NCBI GenBank assembly: GCA_010356995.1
Contig: ML996695.1
Span: forward strand, 1,001,061-1,060,084
Direction: 5' to 3'
Source of the DNA: Trichodelitschia bisporula
Taxonomy: Eukaryota
DNA: 59,024 nucleotides
Shown: positions 13,556-25,205 of the stretch, one piece after another
Layout: the number at the start of each line of letters is the position of its first letter
Position numbering within the stretch: the first letter of the stretch is position 1
Translations under genes and position numbers: made by a program
Notes under the pieces: model-generated
The model's input: only the letters and a program-made list of their open reading frames with translations
Databases searched by the model: none
What the model was told of the DNA's origin: nothing

Positions 13556-15467
13556 TCATGTCGCAAAGAAAGCTTTCACCTGGTCCTCAAGCGGCACAAC
13601 AACCCCCTCATACACGGCCTGACAGAAGTCGTCATCCTCCAGATCCTTTTTCTTTGTGTCAAAGGTACAGAACACGCATCGCCGGACAACCATGTCGTAC
13701 TTCGCTCCCCATTCGTTGGACACGCGATCATCGTCGAGCAGACGCGTCGCCGTGATATAGTCGCTCAACATGTCCGCTGGCCCCTTGCTCACGCATTCGT
13801 TGGCTCTGCGGAGTTTCTCAAGCGGCTGACCGAGGCAGATCTCAAGCAAGAGGATGCCAAGAGCAAAGAGGGGAAAGTTGAGGATGTATGGGCAATGGTG
13901 ACGGTCGATACCGGCATCATGATCGCTCGCTGGTTTGGGGAGGATTCTGGCGATGTATACTTTCTGATAGTACTTTTTGGAGTCTTGAAGCACAAAGTGG
14001 ACATCCTCCTTTGTCCATCGGAAGCTCAGTAAAGGGGAGTTTTGCAATTGCAAGACGCTGGCCGCAATCGTACTGGCGAGTCTTATCCTGTCTGCTGCTG
14101 TCAAACTGGGAATATTCTCTCTTGAGCCGGCCAGAACTTGAGCCAAAGACAGCGATGACCAACCCGTAGTCCCAACTTGGGAGGAGCGGACTGTGTACAC
14201 GCTGTATCGACAGGAGTTTTGCGAGATGAAGCCCAAACAGGGGGCAGGTGTGGAACACCTAGCTGCCCATAATTGGTGACAGAAGTTTGTGATTCGGACT
14301 TCCTCCTCAGTCGTAACTGCTGCTGACCTCATAGTTGTAGTCATCGTTGCCGATTCCATTGTCGTAGTTGCTATTTGGAAAGATTCCTTGTCTTGCTGAA
14401 TGCATATGGTCTGGCGGGAACTGCTGCTGAACTGTCCAGAAAGGCTGTGCATCTTGGAGCTCATATCCGGCAGGAATCCCACACGCTTTTTCACTTTAAC
14501 GAATTTTTTTACCGGCTCCGGAGGTGCGGCCTTCTTTTCCTCAGGAACTGCTGCGGAGGGCGCGGGACTAGCGTTAGGTCTGTTGGAAGGGCAGATCTCC
14601 ACCTCTTGACAGAGCGTGGTCGGGTTCTCAGCGGCATGAGATCCTGGCAAAATAACAAGACGGAAGCGGATGTCTAGCGAAGCTTGTGGAGGCGACTGGA
14701 CCACCTTATTGTACTGCTCCGGATCGAGACGCCAATGCACGGAGTGCCCTGGCGCGCAGTTGCAGCTGAAAGATGCGCAAAGTGCGCTGTATACGGCATG
14801 TACACAGTCGCGAATGATTCGAAAATGACCAAACCGGCGCTGGGACAGTCGCGACCTCTCCAGACCCATGTTTTGATGTGTTAATCTTTCTATTACCCGA
14901 CCACTGCTCTCCATTTTCCCCAGCAAAATGTCCAGGTCCGATTTGGCGAGGCTGAACCAGCCCTTTTTCCAAGTCCGTTTAAGGCTCTTTTCGTCTTCCC
15001 ATCGGACCTGACTAACGGTTAGTTCTAGAACCCATTTTGGTGACTCCACACTCACGGTATGAGTGGTTCTGGGTACGTACCTTGCCATTCTCATCGAGGT
15101 CCAGCCGCAGTTTGAACGCGTTCGCAGCCTCGTTCATTTGCATTATCGTGGACATATAGACGTCATATGATACCGCCAGCCGCGCCTGCAGCTTCTGCGC
15201 AAGCTCAGGATCCTTCCATTTGGGACCACCGGGATTGCGAAGCAGCTCTTCAAGCTCAGAAGGGTGCACAAGGTCGCTCAGCAATTGCTCGCACGTATTT
15301 CTGAATATGACCTCTTGTGTGCTAAGGCAATTTATAAGATCAGCCAGTTCGCGCCTGTACTGCTGAAAGCGGCGGATAGTGCGAATCCCGTCTTGATAGT
15401 GTTCGAGTGCGCTGATGATCAGAGGGATGGCCGCTAAGGCAACGCCAACTACCTCAAAACCAGACAT
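13556..15467 (-). CDS. Fungal protein with HeLo-like hydrophobic N-terminal helix and C-terminal kinase-like/DUF7580-type domain
   Basis: Start MSGFEVVGVALAAIPLIISALEHY; one intron ~15009-15080; C-terminal RIRLASTIAASVLQL..W..DVHF, LFALGILLLEICLG, Y..VVRRCV.C.F, FCQAVYEGVV.PLE pattern. Confidence 0.82.
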
Positions 15468-15846
15468 TGCGGACGACACGGGCACATTCAACAAAGATCG
15501 GTTATATAACTCCTTGGCCCTCAGAAATACCCCGGATATTTGGAGCACAGAAGGTTGGGAAAGGTTTGTTGGAGGAATGGTGCATCGGTGATGGGGGAGG
15601 GGGGAGGGGCGATGAAGGAGTTGGCGAAGGGCTGAGGAGGCGCTTGCTCCATCCATCGGACAGGGCTGCACTAGCACGAAACAAGCCAAGTGCGGGGCTC
15701 GAATGGGGCTGAGGCCATGGGCAACGACGAGGCTCCATCGGGTCATGCGGGGCGTGAAACTGTTATCTTCATGGCCTTCACACCTATTCACTACATCTCA
15801 TATGGGAGACAGGACACTACTTTCTACAGCTCTGTGCTTCTAACTG

Positions 15847-18800
15847 ATGGCTGGAATCGGTGGTAAGTCGTGCTTGGGCCCTGTCGAGGGAAATAACAGC
15901 CGCTGAGAAGACCAAGTTGCTGCGGCTGCCGAAGCATCAGCGAGACTGTCCAACATCCCAACTCTCGTCTTGACTTGTCGAACAGCTTTTCTCGAGCTCA
16001 ACGCCGGTGCCGCAAAGTCCACCAAGTATGGCGACCTTTCTGCTAGGCTTGCCGACGAGAAGGGACGCTTCAGTCTCTGGACCACGAATATCGGCGCCCA
16101 CCGATCGGGCAAAAGCTCACTTGATTTCCGGCTTCGAGACTCTTCGCACTTGCAACTCCAGGTTGTGAAGTTGCTACGGAAATTGGCCGATAACCTAGCC
16201 GAAGGTACGTCTTGCTAGGCACCGACGTTGAAATTTGAACTGAATAGGAGGCCAGCGGATGAGATTCTCAGCGGCAAAAGAGTGCCATGGGATGAGCTTC
16301 CAAGCGACGATTCGGACTCAGAATCCGATTCAGACTCTGACGCAGCATTCCCCCCCCCATCTGAAGCTACTGAAATCGGCCAAATCATGAACAGTATCAC
16401 CAACACTTTGACCCTGCTCCTTCGACTCTCGGCATCAATTCGCAATCCGACTCAACACGATCGATGGCTCAACTCTAAATCAATCGATACGTCGGCATTC
16501 GAGCACTGGGACATCGAGCATGTGAGAGCCAAATTTCCGCAAACCGACGAGCTTCGTGCGGAACGCTTGGGCAGAGGCATTTCCCGAAGGCGCCAGTTCT
16601 TCAATTACAGGAAGCAGCATCGCGAACGGCTTGCACAGGGCTTCGAGCCGGCCGAACCGACTGCGACAGAAAGCCAGAAGCCTGCACCCACAATCGTGCA
16701 AAGCACAGTTGCATCTTCTATTCCAGAAATGGCCAAGATGCCCACATCTAATGCTCCCCTGGAAGACGACGAACAATCGGACATCGCATTCACTGCTACT
16801 TCGTTTGCCACATCAGTAGCTCAGGGAAGCAAACTAACTGTGCCTTTGCTACCGTGCGGAACTGAATATGACAAGCCATTTGAGTGTCCGTTTTGCTGCA
16901 GCATTGTCGAGATGGAGGACCGCCGCGCTTGGAAGTACGCTATTTCTAGACCATGTTAAGTGCCTACCTGTGACTAACCTTGATAGGAAGCACGTCTTCG
17001 CCGACTTGGCACCGTACATGTGTCTTTCTGGCGAGTGTGTTATGGAAAATCAGCATTTCCCCTCTCGTCATTCTTGGATGCAGCATGAATTCAATACACA
17101 TTGGACGACTCTGGTCTGCGTCTTCGGATGCCCCAATTCCTTTAGCTCGAAGCAGACCTTGAGGGATCATCTGATCCAACATCATCAAGAAAGCGTCGTA
17201 GGACGAGTTGAGGCCGTCCTTGCGACTTGCGAGAAGCCCAAGCCGCGCGACACTCCGAAGGCTTGTCTTCTCTGTGCATCCACTCTACCGAACTTTGAAT
17301 CCTACGGAAAGCACACCGCAAAGCATCTGCAGGAGCTGGCACTGTTTAGTTTGCCAACTCTCGATAACGAAGCTGACGACGGAAGCGAGAGCGCTGAAAC
17401 AGACGAAGAGGTGCACGGGGACCTTTCCGCAGCCGACGATGGAAGCCGGAAGAGTGGAGCTGATGACATACCACCATTCGAGCCCCGAGCCCCATCACCA
17501 TCTAAGCTTTCAAATGCTTCGTCTGAATCTCTTGGCATCCCACTGCAGCGCTCTGCGACGGATGTGGAGAAATACGCCGCCATTATAGATGATATTCTGG
17601 CTCAGTCAGATCCCAGTGCCACTTCTGACACCTCCCACCAGGCTGTGTACGAGAGCTTGCAGGCCAAGCTTGGATATGACATTTCTCACAACGCGGTACT
17701 GTCCTTTCCCTTCCCATCTCGTCCGTCCCTCAACTAATACCCCCAAGAAAGCAATATTGCGCCTAATCCTGCGCGTAAAAGTGGCCCGCACCATCAAGTT
17801 CTCCAAAATGCGTCCTTCGCAGCTCGACGCTGCACCCTTGAATCCTACAGACCCCCCCACAATCGTTCTAGTCGATGTGGACAATGAGCCCCCTTCAAAT
17901 ATATCAGGGGGGCCAGAAAAATGCCCCGTCCAAACCTGCGAGTACCACGTCAAGGGCTTTGCGCGCAAAAGGGACAGAGACATCCATGTGCCAATACAAC
18001 ACTACAAGGGACCGATGATGTGTCCCTTTTGTACAGATGCCGAAGGTGGGGCCTTGAGACGCTTTGATTACCTCTCTTCCTTGATGATCCACCTGGAATC
18101 TGAGCACCCCCGTGTCCAAATGGAGGAGTCCATTTGCCCCATGTGTGGTCTGTGGAACATCCACTACGATCAGCATCTGCACGGCTGCATGCTGCGTGCT
18201 GTGGAGCACGGCTACGCTTCAGGCTGGCCGAACAGTACCTACACCATGGAGGAACTTACCAAGCTTATGGTTCATGAGTTCTCTAAACCCTCTGGGGCGC
18301 CTGTGAGTTCGGACAAGCGGTCCGAAATCCAGTCGTCGGGGAAGGTGGAACTCTCCCAGCCATTGAATACAGACGCCCCCTTGGGGTCCCTTGGCGAACC
18401 GGCGGCGTCTGGTGACCCCTCAAAACAGCGACTCGTTGAGTGGCTCAATGAGGGCGACGACGAGGCCTCGAGACAGTGGGCTGTGCAGCACACGGAAGAG
18501 GCGCATGTCCAGCACCTAAACAACAAGACGGAGGCTATGGTGGACGTTGCAGTGGCACACGAGTACGCCAAGGAAGATGCTGAGCGCAAAGCGGCGACTG
18601 CAGCTAAATCAGCGGAAGAGAAGGCCAAGCACGAATTTGAGATGGAGGGGGCGCGGAAGAAGCTTGAGCAGCTAGACCGGCAGGCGGAGGTTGATCGTGT
18701 TGGAGATAAGGCGCGCTTCTATTCTGCTGACGAGAGGTATTGGCAGCTGACGGACGAGACGGGCTGGTGGGATGAGGGCGAGCGCTCTATACAGCTCGAG

Positions 18801-21800
18801 ATTCGCGAGCTTGACGAGGAGATCGATAAGAAGAAGTATGAGCTGCGTCGGCTTAAGGATCGCATTGATGCCGAGGAGGAGCGCGCTCAGCAGGAGAGCA
18901 AGGAGAAGGAGCGGGAGACGCGGCTTAAGGTCGAGCAGCTCAAGCAGGAGCAGGGTAGGCAGGCTACTGATTTATTGCGTGATAAGGAGCGCAAGCGCAC
19001 CTTGGCTGAAAACGCCGAGCAGGTGTACAGGATTAAGCTGGAGCTCGAGGCTAAGGAGGCTGCGACTGCAGCGAAAGCAGCAGAAGAAGAAGTGGCGAAG
19101 CGGCGGCTAGATGATATAATACAGCCGCCGATTAGGTTCACGGATGCTATAGGAAGGAAGTTTAACTTCCCGTGGCATCTGTGCAAGTCGTGGAAGGTAA
19201 GTTTTGCCTTTTGTATATCCGCTCCCGCTAACCCCCCTTAGGGAATGGAGACACTCATTAACCAAGCCTTCCTCGACTTCGATGTTATCGATAAACACGT
19301 TCACGAAGGCCACTACGACCTCCTCGGGCCCGATGGCGAAATCATTCTACCGGAGGTGTGGGAATCTGTGGTTAAGCCCGACTGGGCTATTATCATGCAC
19401 ATGTGGCTCGGACCGCCGAAGCTTAAAAGTGACGAGGAACTTAGCCGTCACGAGGAGCTTGAGCGCAATGAAGAGCTTGAGACTAAAGAGGAGCTTGAGA
19501 ACGACGAGGAGGCATTGAGACTGGAGGCCAGGGTAGCACGCGAGCACGAGGAGAGACGCGAGCAGGGGCACCTAGTGTTCGAGCATGACCGCGGCACCGT
19601 ATTGAAGCGACAAGCTGCACAGTCCGGACGGTCAGATTTCGCGTTTGACATGGATGACGTTGTTGACGAGAATCCCGAGCCATTTGACGAAGAACAGTTT
19701 GATTTTGACAACTGTATCTTTACTCAGGCACTGGACTCCGAGATCATCACAGCACCGACCCCACCACAGCACGCGGAGGAGACCCGCATCCAAAAACCAT
19801 ATAACGACGCGGCATCTCGGACTGCGATGGGCATCGTAGGCGAGCGCGAGCTTCAACCCCGAACGCCCCAGGAGACGCAACGCAACCAGGAAATATCAGA
19901 ACTGCAGATGCCGGGCGCGACGTGGGTGGCTGATGCGGAGGCCAGAGCGACTGAGGCAAGGGAGGCTGCGGTGGAGGCCATCGTGGAAGCCGAGCACCAG
20001 CTTCAGCGCCTAGCGTCTCTCGAGAAGGCACCGCGCGGCGAGGAGATATTGGGTCTCAAGGATGCACTAAGACAACAAGCGGTGCCACACGCGAAGGAGC
20101 CACACGGACACCACTTGGACGAGGCGGCGGCGCGCTCTAACGAGCAGGCCGTCGCTCAGGCCCGCCAAGCTGCGGCTGATGCTGCGGTGAGGGCGCAAGA
20201 GGAAGCTACGGCCCGTGCTCGCCGTCTCGATGATCTTAAGGCCCCGGCTGAAGAGCACCGCCGGCGCGCTGAGGCGGATGAGCGGCGCGTATGGCTGGAG
20301 CGTGAGGTTCGCGCCCTCGAGATTATACGCCAGGTGGAGGCGCAGCGAATGACGCTCCCACCGACTGCTACTACGCCGCTGCAGATTGCTGCCCCTCAGC
20401 GTAGCCCGGCACAGGGCCTGGGGGGGAATCCGTTGGCGAACGAGGAGGGTTCCGGGAGTTTGGGCGAGAGTGTGCTCCAGCGGGAGCGTGATGTTGCGAG
20501 TGCGCCGAGCGACAATCGTGACCAAGAGGAAGCGACATCCTGGATTCCGCAAGCGGCAACCGACGGAAAGTTCAAGCCGAGTTTAGGTGATAGTGTCCTG
20601 CTCCATCAAATGGCCCCAGATCATCCTGACGTGGCAGCACGAGCCGGCTCAAAAACAATCTACGTGGAGTCCGATGACGGCGACGACGTAAACGAAGAGG
20701 CAGAGTCATACTACTTCAACACGCTGCCTGGAGATATTCGCCGCCAACCGATCATCGGCAAGGCCGAGCGCGGACCTTCAGCAGAGCGGCTTCTTGAGCC
20801 GGCGGCTAAGCTGAGGACGCAGCACGAGAGCGCCGACGCCTGCGCCGACGCTCGCGCCACGGAAGATCATCACGACTACGACCGTGACAGGTCGCGCACG
20901 CCGCCTCCTAACCGCCGCGAGGAGATCCGCCGCCTCCAGCGCGAGCACGAAGAGGCCGTCGCCCACGCCAACGAGCAGTCTGTCGCGCAGACCGGAGCTT
21001 CCGCGCGTGCTCAAAAGGAAACCGCGAGCCGCGCCCACCCCCTCGATGATCTCGAGACCCAGGCCGCGAGGCAGCGCGCCGAGGATAGTCATACCGATGT
21101 CGGATACGATACCGACGACGATATTTTAGCCAAGGGAGCCTGCTATCACTGCATGATAACGAAACGCCGTTGCATCATTAACGACGGTGCCTCACAGTGC
21201 GTGCAATGCCAAGTCCTCAAGCGGGAATGTAATCTTGGACAAGGGGGGGCCGCGGCAAAAAAGCGCGAGATCCGCGCGCAGAAGAAGACGAGGAAGCGGC
21301 GAGGCGAAGCCAAGTACCGGACTGCGCGGGAGCTACGTCGGGAGGAGCGGGAGCAGGAGCGTGACAGTGTGGCTGAACGCGACGAGGGTCGTGATACCGA
21401 CTACGGTACTTTAGCCGAGATGATGACTGATCCCACTCTTTTGCAAACGCATGCTGAGCCTCAGCACGTTTTGGGCACCGCTGCGTATGCGCCCGTTGCT
21501 CTACCGCCTGTCGCCAACGGGTCTTTCGCCAACGGATACTCGCCAACCCTAGGGAGCGCACTGGAGGACGACGAATCAACAATAAAATGTTTTTGCGGCT
21601 ACAGCGACGATGACGGCAACACGGTGTTCTGCGAGCTTTGCCGCACCTGGCAGCATATCCTGTGCTACTACCCTGGCAGTCAGGTTCCCGAGGTTCATGA
21701 GTGTGTCCAATGTCACCCGCGCCCTTACGATGCCAGAAGCGCGGCAGAGCGGCAGCGCCAGTTCGTGCATACTGCGGCCAAGAAGGAGGAGATGCGTAGG

Positions 21801-22436
21801 CTTGACGAGCAGACGCGCCGCGACTACGAGCGTGCCCACGCCGCCCGCGAGGAGATCCGCCGCCTCCAGCGGGAGCACGAAGAGGCCGTCGCCCACGCCA
21901 AAACAATAAAATGTTTTTGCGGCTACAGCGACGATGACGGCAACACGGTATTCTGCGAGCTTTGCCGCACCTGGCAGCATATCCTGTGCCACTACCCTGG
22001 CAGTCAGGTTCCCGAGGTTCATGAGTGTGTCCAATGTCACCCGCGCCCTTACGATGCCAGAAGCGCGGCAGAGCGGCAGCGCCAGTTCGTGCATACTGCG
22101 GCCAAGAAGGAGGAGATGCGTAGGCTTGACGAGCAGACGCGCCGCGACTACGAGCGTGCCCACGCCGCCCGCGAGGAGATCCGCCGCCTCCAGCGGGAGC
22201 ACGAAGAGGCCGTCGCCCACGCCAAAACAATAAAATGTTTTTGCGGCTACAGCGACGATGACGGCAACACGGTATTCTGCGAGCTTTGCCGCACCTGGCA
22301 GCATATCCTGTGCCACTACCCTGGCAGTCAGGTTCCCGAGGTTCATGAGTGTGTCCAATGTCGCCCGCGCCCTTACGATGCCAGAAGCGCGGCAGAGCGG
22401 CAGCGCCAGTTCGCGCATTGCAGCCGCTTCGGGTGA
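15847..22436 (+). CDS. Giant (~2,110 aa) mosaic zinc-finger protein: conserved helical N-domain + C2H2 array, DEK-C-like, C2H2, coiled coil, ubiquitin-like, Zn2Cys6-like, 3x PHD
   Basis: Introns 15863-15910, 16205-16255, 16935-16986, 17696-17747 and 19197-19241 all splice in frame. Motifs RFSLWTTNIGAH..SLDFRLRD, FECPFC..WKKHVFADLAPYMC, HLQELALFSLP. The first micro-exon/start is less certain. Confidence 0.8.
21578..22413 (+). repeat. Tandem 324-bp repeat, ~2.6 copies, each encoding a PHD finger plus a coiled-coil segment
   Basis: Units start at 21578, 21902 and 22226. Copies 1 and 2 differ at 2 positions; the partial copy 3 differs from copy 2 at 1 position. Confidence 0.97.
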
Positions 22437-24002
22437 TCGTAAAGGGAAGCGGGCTCCCGCCAAAAGCCAGAAAAAACGAGCCAAAGAACCTGTTACCACA
22501 TATGGCTGGGCCCATCCGGAGCAGTCGAACAACGCAGACCGCGCGGCGAGCAGTCCACGAGATCAACAGAGAGCCTGCTATCATTGTCACATAACTGGAC
22601 GCCTTTGCACCATTAACGAAGCTGCCTCACAGTGCGTGCAGTGCCAAGTCGATAAGCGAGAATGTACTTTTGGACAAGAGGGGGAGCGAGAGCGAGAGCC
22701 GCAGCGGGAGCGTGTCAGTCGCCTCGGGACCCTTGCCGAGAGTTTTGAGCAGACACTCCAGCAGCGCAAGCGCCAGACGACTGCAGACAAGGTGAAGGAG
22801 GAGGAGCGCGAACTTGACGAGCAGCCGCGCCGCGTCTACCAAGCCGCCGCGCAGGCCGGACCTACCGTAGGTGCTCAAAAGGAAACCGCGGGCCGCGCTC
22901 GCCCCCTCGATGATCTCGCGACCCTGGCCGCTACGCAGCGCACCGAGATCCGCGAGCAGATACACCAGCCACCCGAGCGCAGTTGGGCCGACGACCGGAT
23001 GGAAGCTGCTGTCCGCGCCAGCCGCCTTCCCTTGGCTCATCGGGGAATGGTGAGCGACCATATCTTTCCGATATCCCCCGACTCCCCCCGGGCACCATCA
23101 TCCCCCCGAGCCGCGTTAAACCCGGCCGCAAGGCCAAGGCCGAGTCTCTGCACGAGCCCAAATAGATCGAGCGGCGCGCACACCTTGAGCGCGAGGCCCC
23201 TAGCCGCGAAATCACGCCCTGGGATGTGGTGCAGCGAATGCAGGACGAGGAGACACGCGAGGAGCAGGCACACCGTACAGAGGAGTTGCGTAGGGAGGAT
23301 GAGGTGCGCCGCAAGCAGCTTATCAACGAAGCAGCCGAGCAGTTGGGCCCCGAGCGGTTGGGCCCCGAGCAGTTGGGTCGCGAGCGTGAAGTGGCCGAAC
23401 AGCGCCCACGCCTCGAACGCGAAGTAACCGAGCAGCGCCTACGCCTCGAACGCGAACTGGCCGAGCAACGCCCACGCCTCGAACGCGAGACCCGCAACTG
23501 AACTGCCGAGGCAGCGGAGGAAATAGCAGTGGATAGCGAAGTGGACCGTGGTGTGGGGACGGAAGCGGACTACGACACGGTGGACTCTCTGCTTCCTTTT
23601 GTCCGTTTCTTTCAAACGTCAACCAGTCGCCTGAAATACCCCCACGTCGACTGGGGTGACAGCGTGCCGGTGAAAAGATCGGCGAAGGCTACAGACTGCC
23701 GCTTCCCCTGCCCACAGTGTAGCCGTTGGTTCCCCTGGAAGAGTGATCTGACGCAGCACATGAAGATACACCGCTTGCCGTGCGCATATTGTACCTGTTC
23801 GTTCATGTCGGCGAAGGATCTGAGGCACCACATAACGACGCACTTAGACGACCGCCGCTACCCGTGCCCACAGTGTGACAGTTCGTTCCAATGTCACAAG
23901 GACCTGACGCGCCACATGACGAAGTGCCGCCCGAGGCGTGATAAAGAAGCAGAGACGGACCGCAGCACGGCACTGGGATTGGAAAAGCTCTATCAGCAGT
24001 AG
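22412..24002 (+). pseudogene. Out-of-frame 3' continuation of the mosaic gene (second Zn2Cys6-like cluster, E/R-rich repeats, three C2H2 fingers)
   Basis: Shifted frame reads RIAAASGDRKGKR...ACYHCHITGRLC..CVQCQVDKREC. Possible intron 23050-23165; in-frame TGA at 23499-23501; then CPQC..H..H, CAYC..H..H and CPQC..H..C fingers ending at 24002. Confidence 0.6.
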
Positions 24003-25205
24003 CTGGTGGAGTATGGGTTCTCGATCGGTGAGAGTTAGGAGGAGACCGGGTTACGTGTTACCAGTTTGCCCACCGGTAGAACTGCTATCCCGTTCCGGGG
24101 GTGTGCATAGGCCACATGCTAAGACATTTAGCTCGGTTGAGGCCCTTAGATAGTTCTAGTAGTTGTAGATTCACTTAATCCAGAACAACCTTTCACACTG
24201 CTTTGAGAGTTCAAGAGGCTCGCAAGAAAGGAATTGGCCGTCGAGATCCCAACCCGAGAACCTGCCCAGCTGCCAGCGGAACCGCGGAACGATATGACAG
24301 ACAGTTGCGGAGGCCTCAACCCCTTTTCCGCGACTTCACCCCCCCCTCTCGCCACTGGGGAGCCCTGGAAACGCATCCGGTGGACGTCTTCCCACCTTCC
24401 TTGAGCTCGAGGCTATGAGAGAGAGAGGGATGATCCAAACTGGAAAGATGACGATGACGCATGTAGTCGTCAAACCCAACCCAGAATTGACAGACGATCC
24501 GCATCTTGATCCGATTCAATCGACCACTACCGTGGGGGGTCCAGAGCTTTATCCAAAGCATGTGGAGGAAATCAAGAGTGGATTGCATAGGCCAGGAGGG
24601 GCTCAGGAAGCGTTAGCTTCCTTACGTGAACTGTCTACCCGTGCTGGTGAATTTGTCAAAAGCGAGCATGACACTGCTGAACCTGTTATCATGGATCTTG
24701 ACCCAGATGGAGTGATATGAGTGGACGAGCCCGTTTATTAGTTCAAATGGCAAGGAGCTGGCCGAATGATAGTTTACTTTTGCGGACATTGTGATATCTT
24801 AAGCTCGAATAGCCGATAAGATTGTTAAGCACGTGCTGCGTGGAACGTCGGCAGGGTCTGTTGCTTGTGGGGAAGTCTCGTTGTGTTCATCCCCTAGGTT
24901 GATGCACCGCCTCCGAGGCGCGGCGAGCATGCCCTTCGCAAAGCCGGGAAGATCATATCGTGAGGCGCTGGACAAAAGTGCTGCCCAGTACGGCGTCAAC
25001 CCATGTGAGCATAGCTAATGCCAATAGCGGGAGCGAAGTTGGAGTCGTAGAATCCAACGCAGAGAGCGGACGGGGGCAGTTGTGCCGTCGGCTTACATGT
25101 GTTTAAACGCCTTCGTGCCGTTAATGAGGGCATGATAGACCATCTTTGGTATCACATTACGATGCTCTATCCATTAGACTAAGCATACACAGCATACCAC
25201 CCCCT

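Noticed and set aside
21578..22413. Repeat array as CRISPR or LTR
   Set aside because: The sequence is eukaryotic, and the units are contiguous in-frame coding duplications without spacers or TG..CA ends.
21217..22590. Long minus-strand ORFs (457 aa, 318 aa) over the PHD repeats
   Set aside because: Antisense shadows of a GC-rich repeated coding region, with no protein-like features.
24146..24720. Short ORFs after the C2H2 segment, possibly further exons or relics
   Set aside because: Could not be linked by credible splice sites and no domain was recognised.
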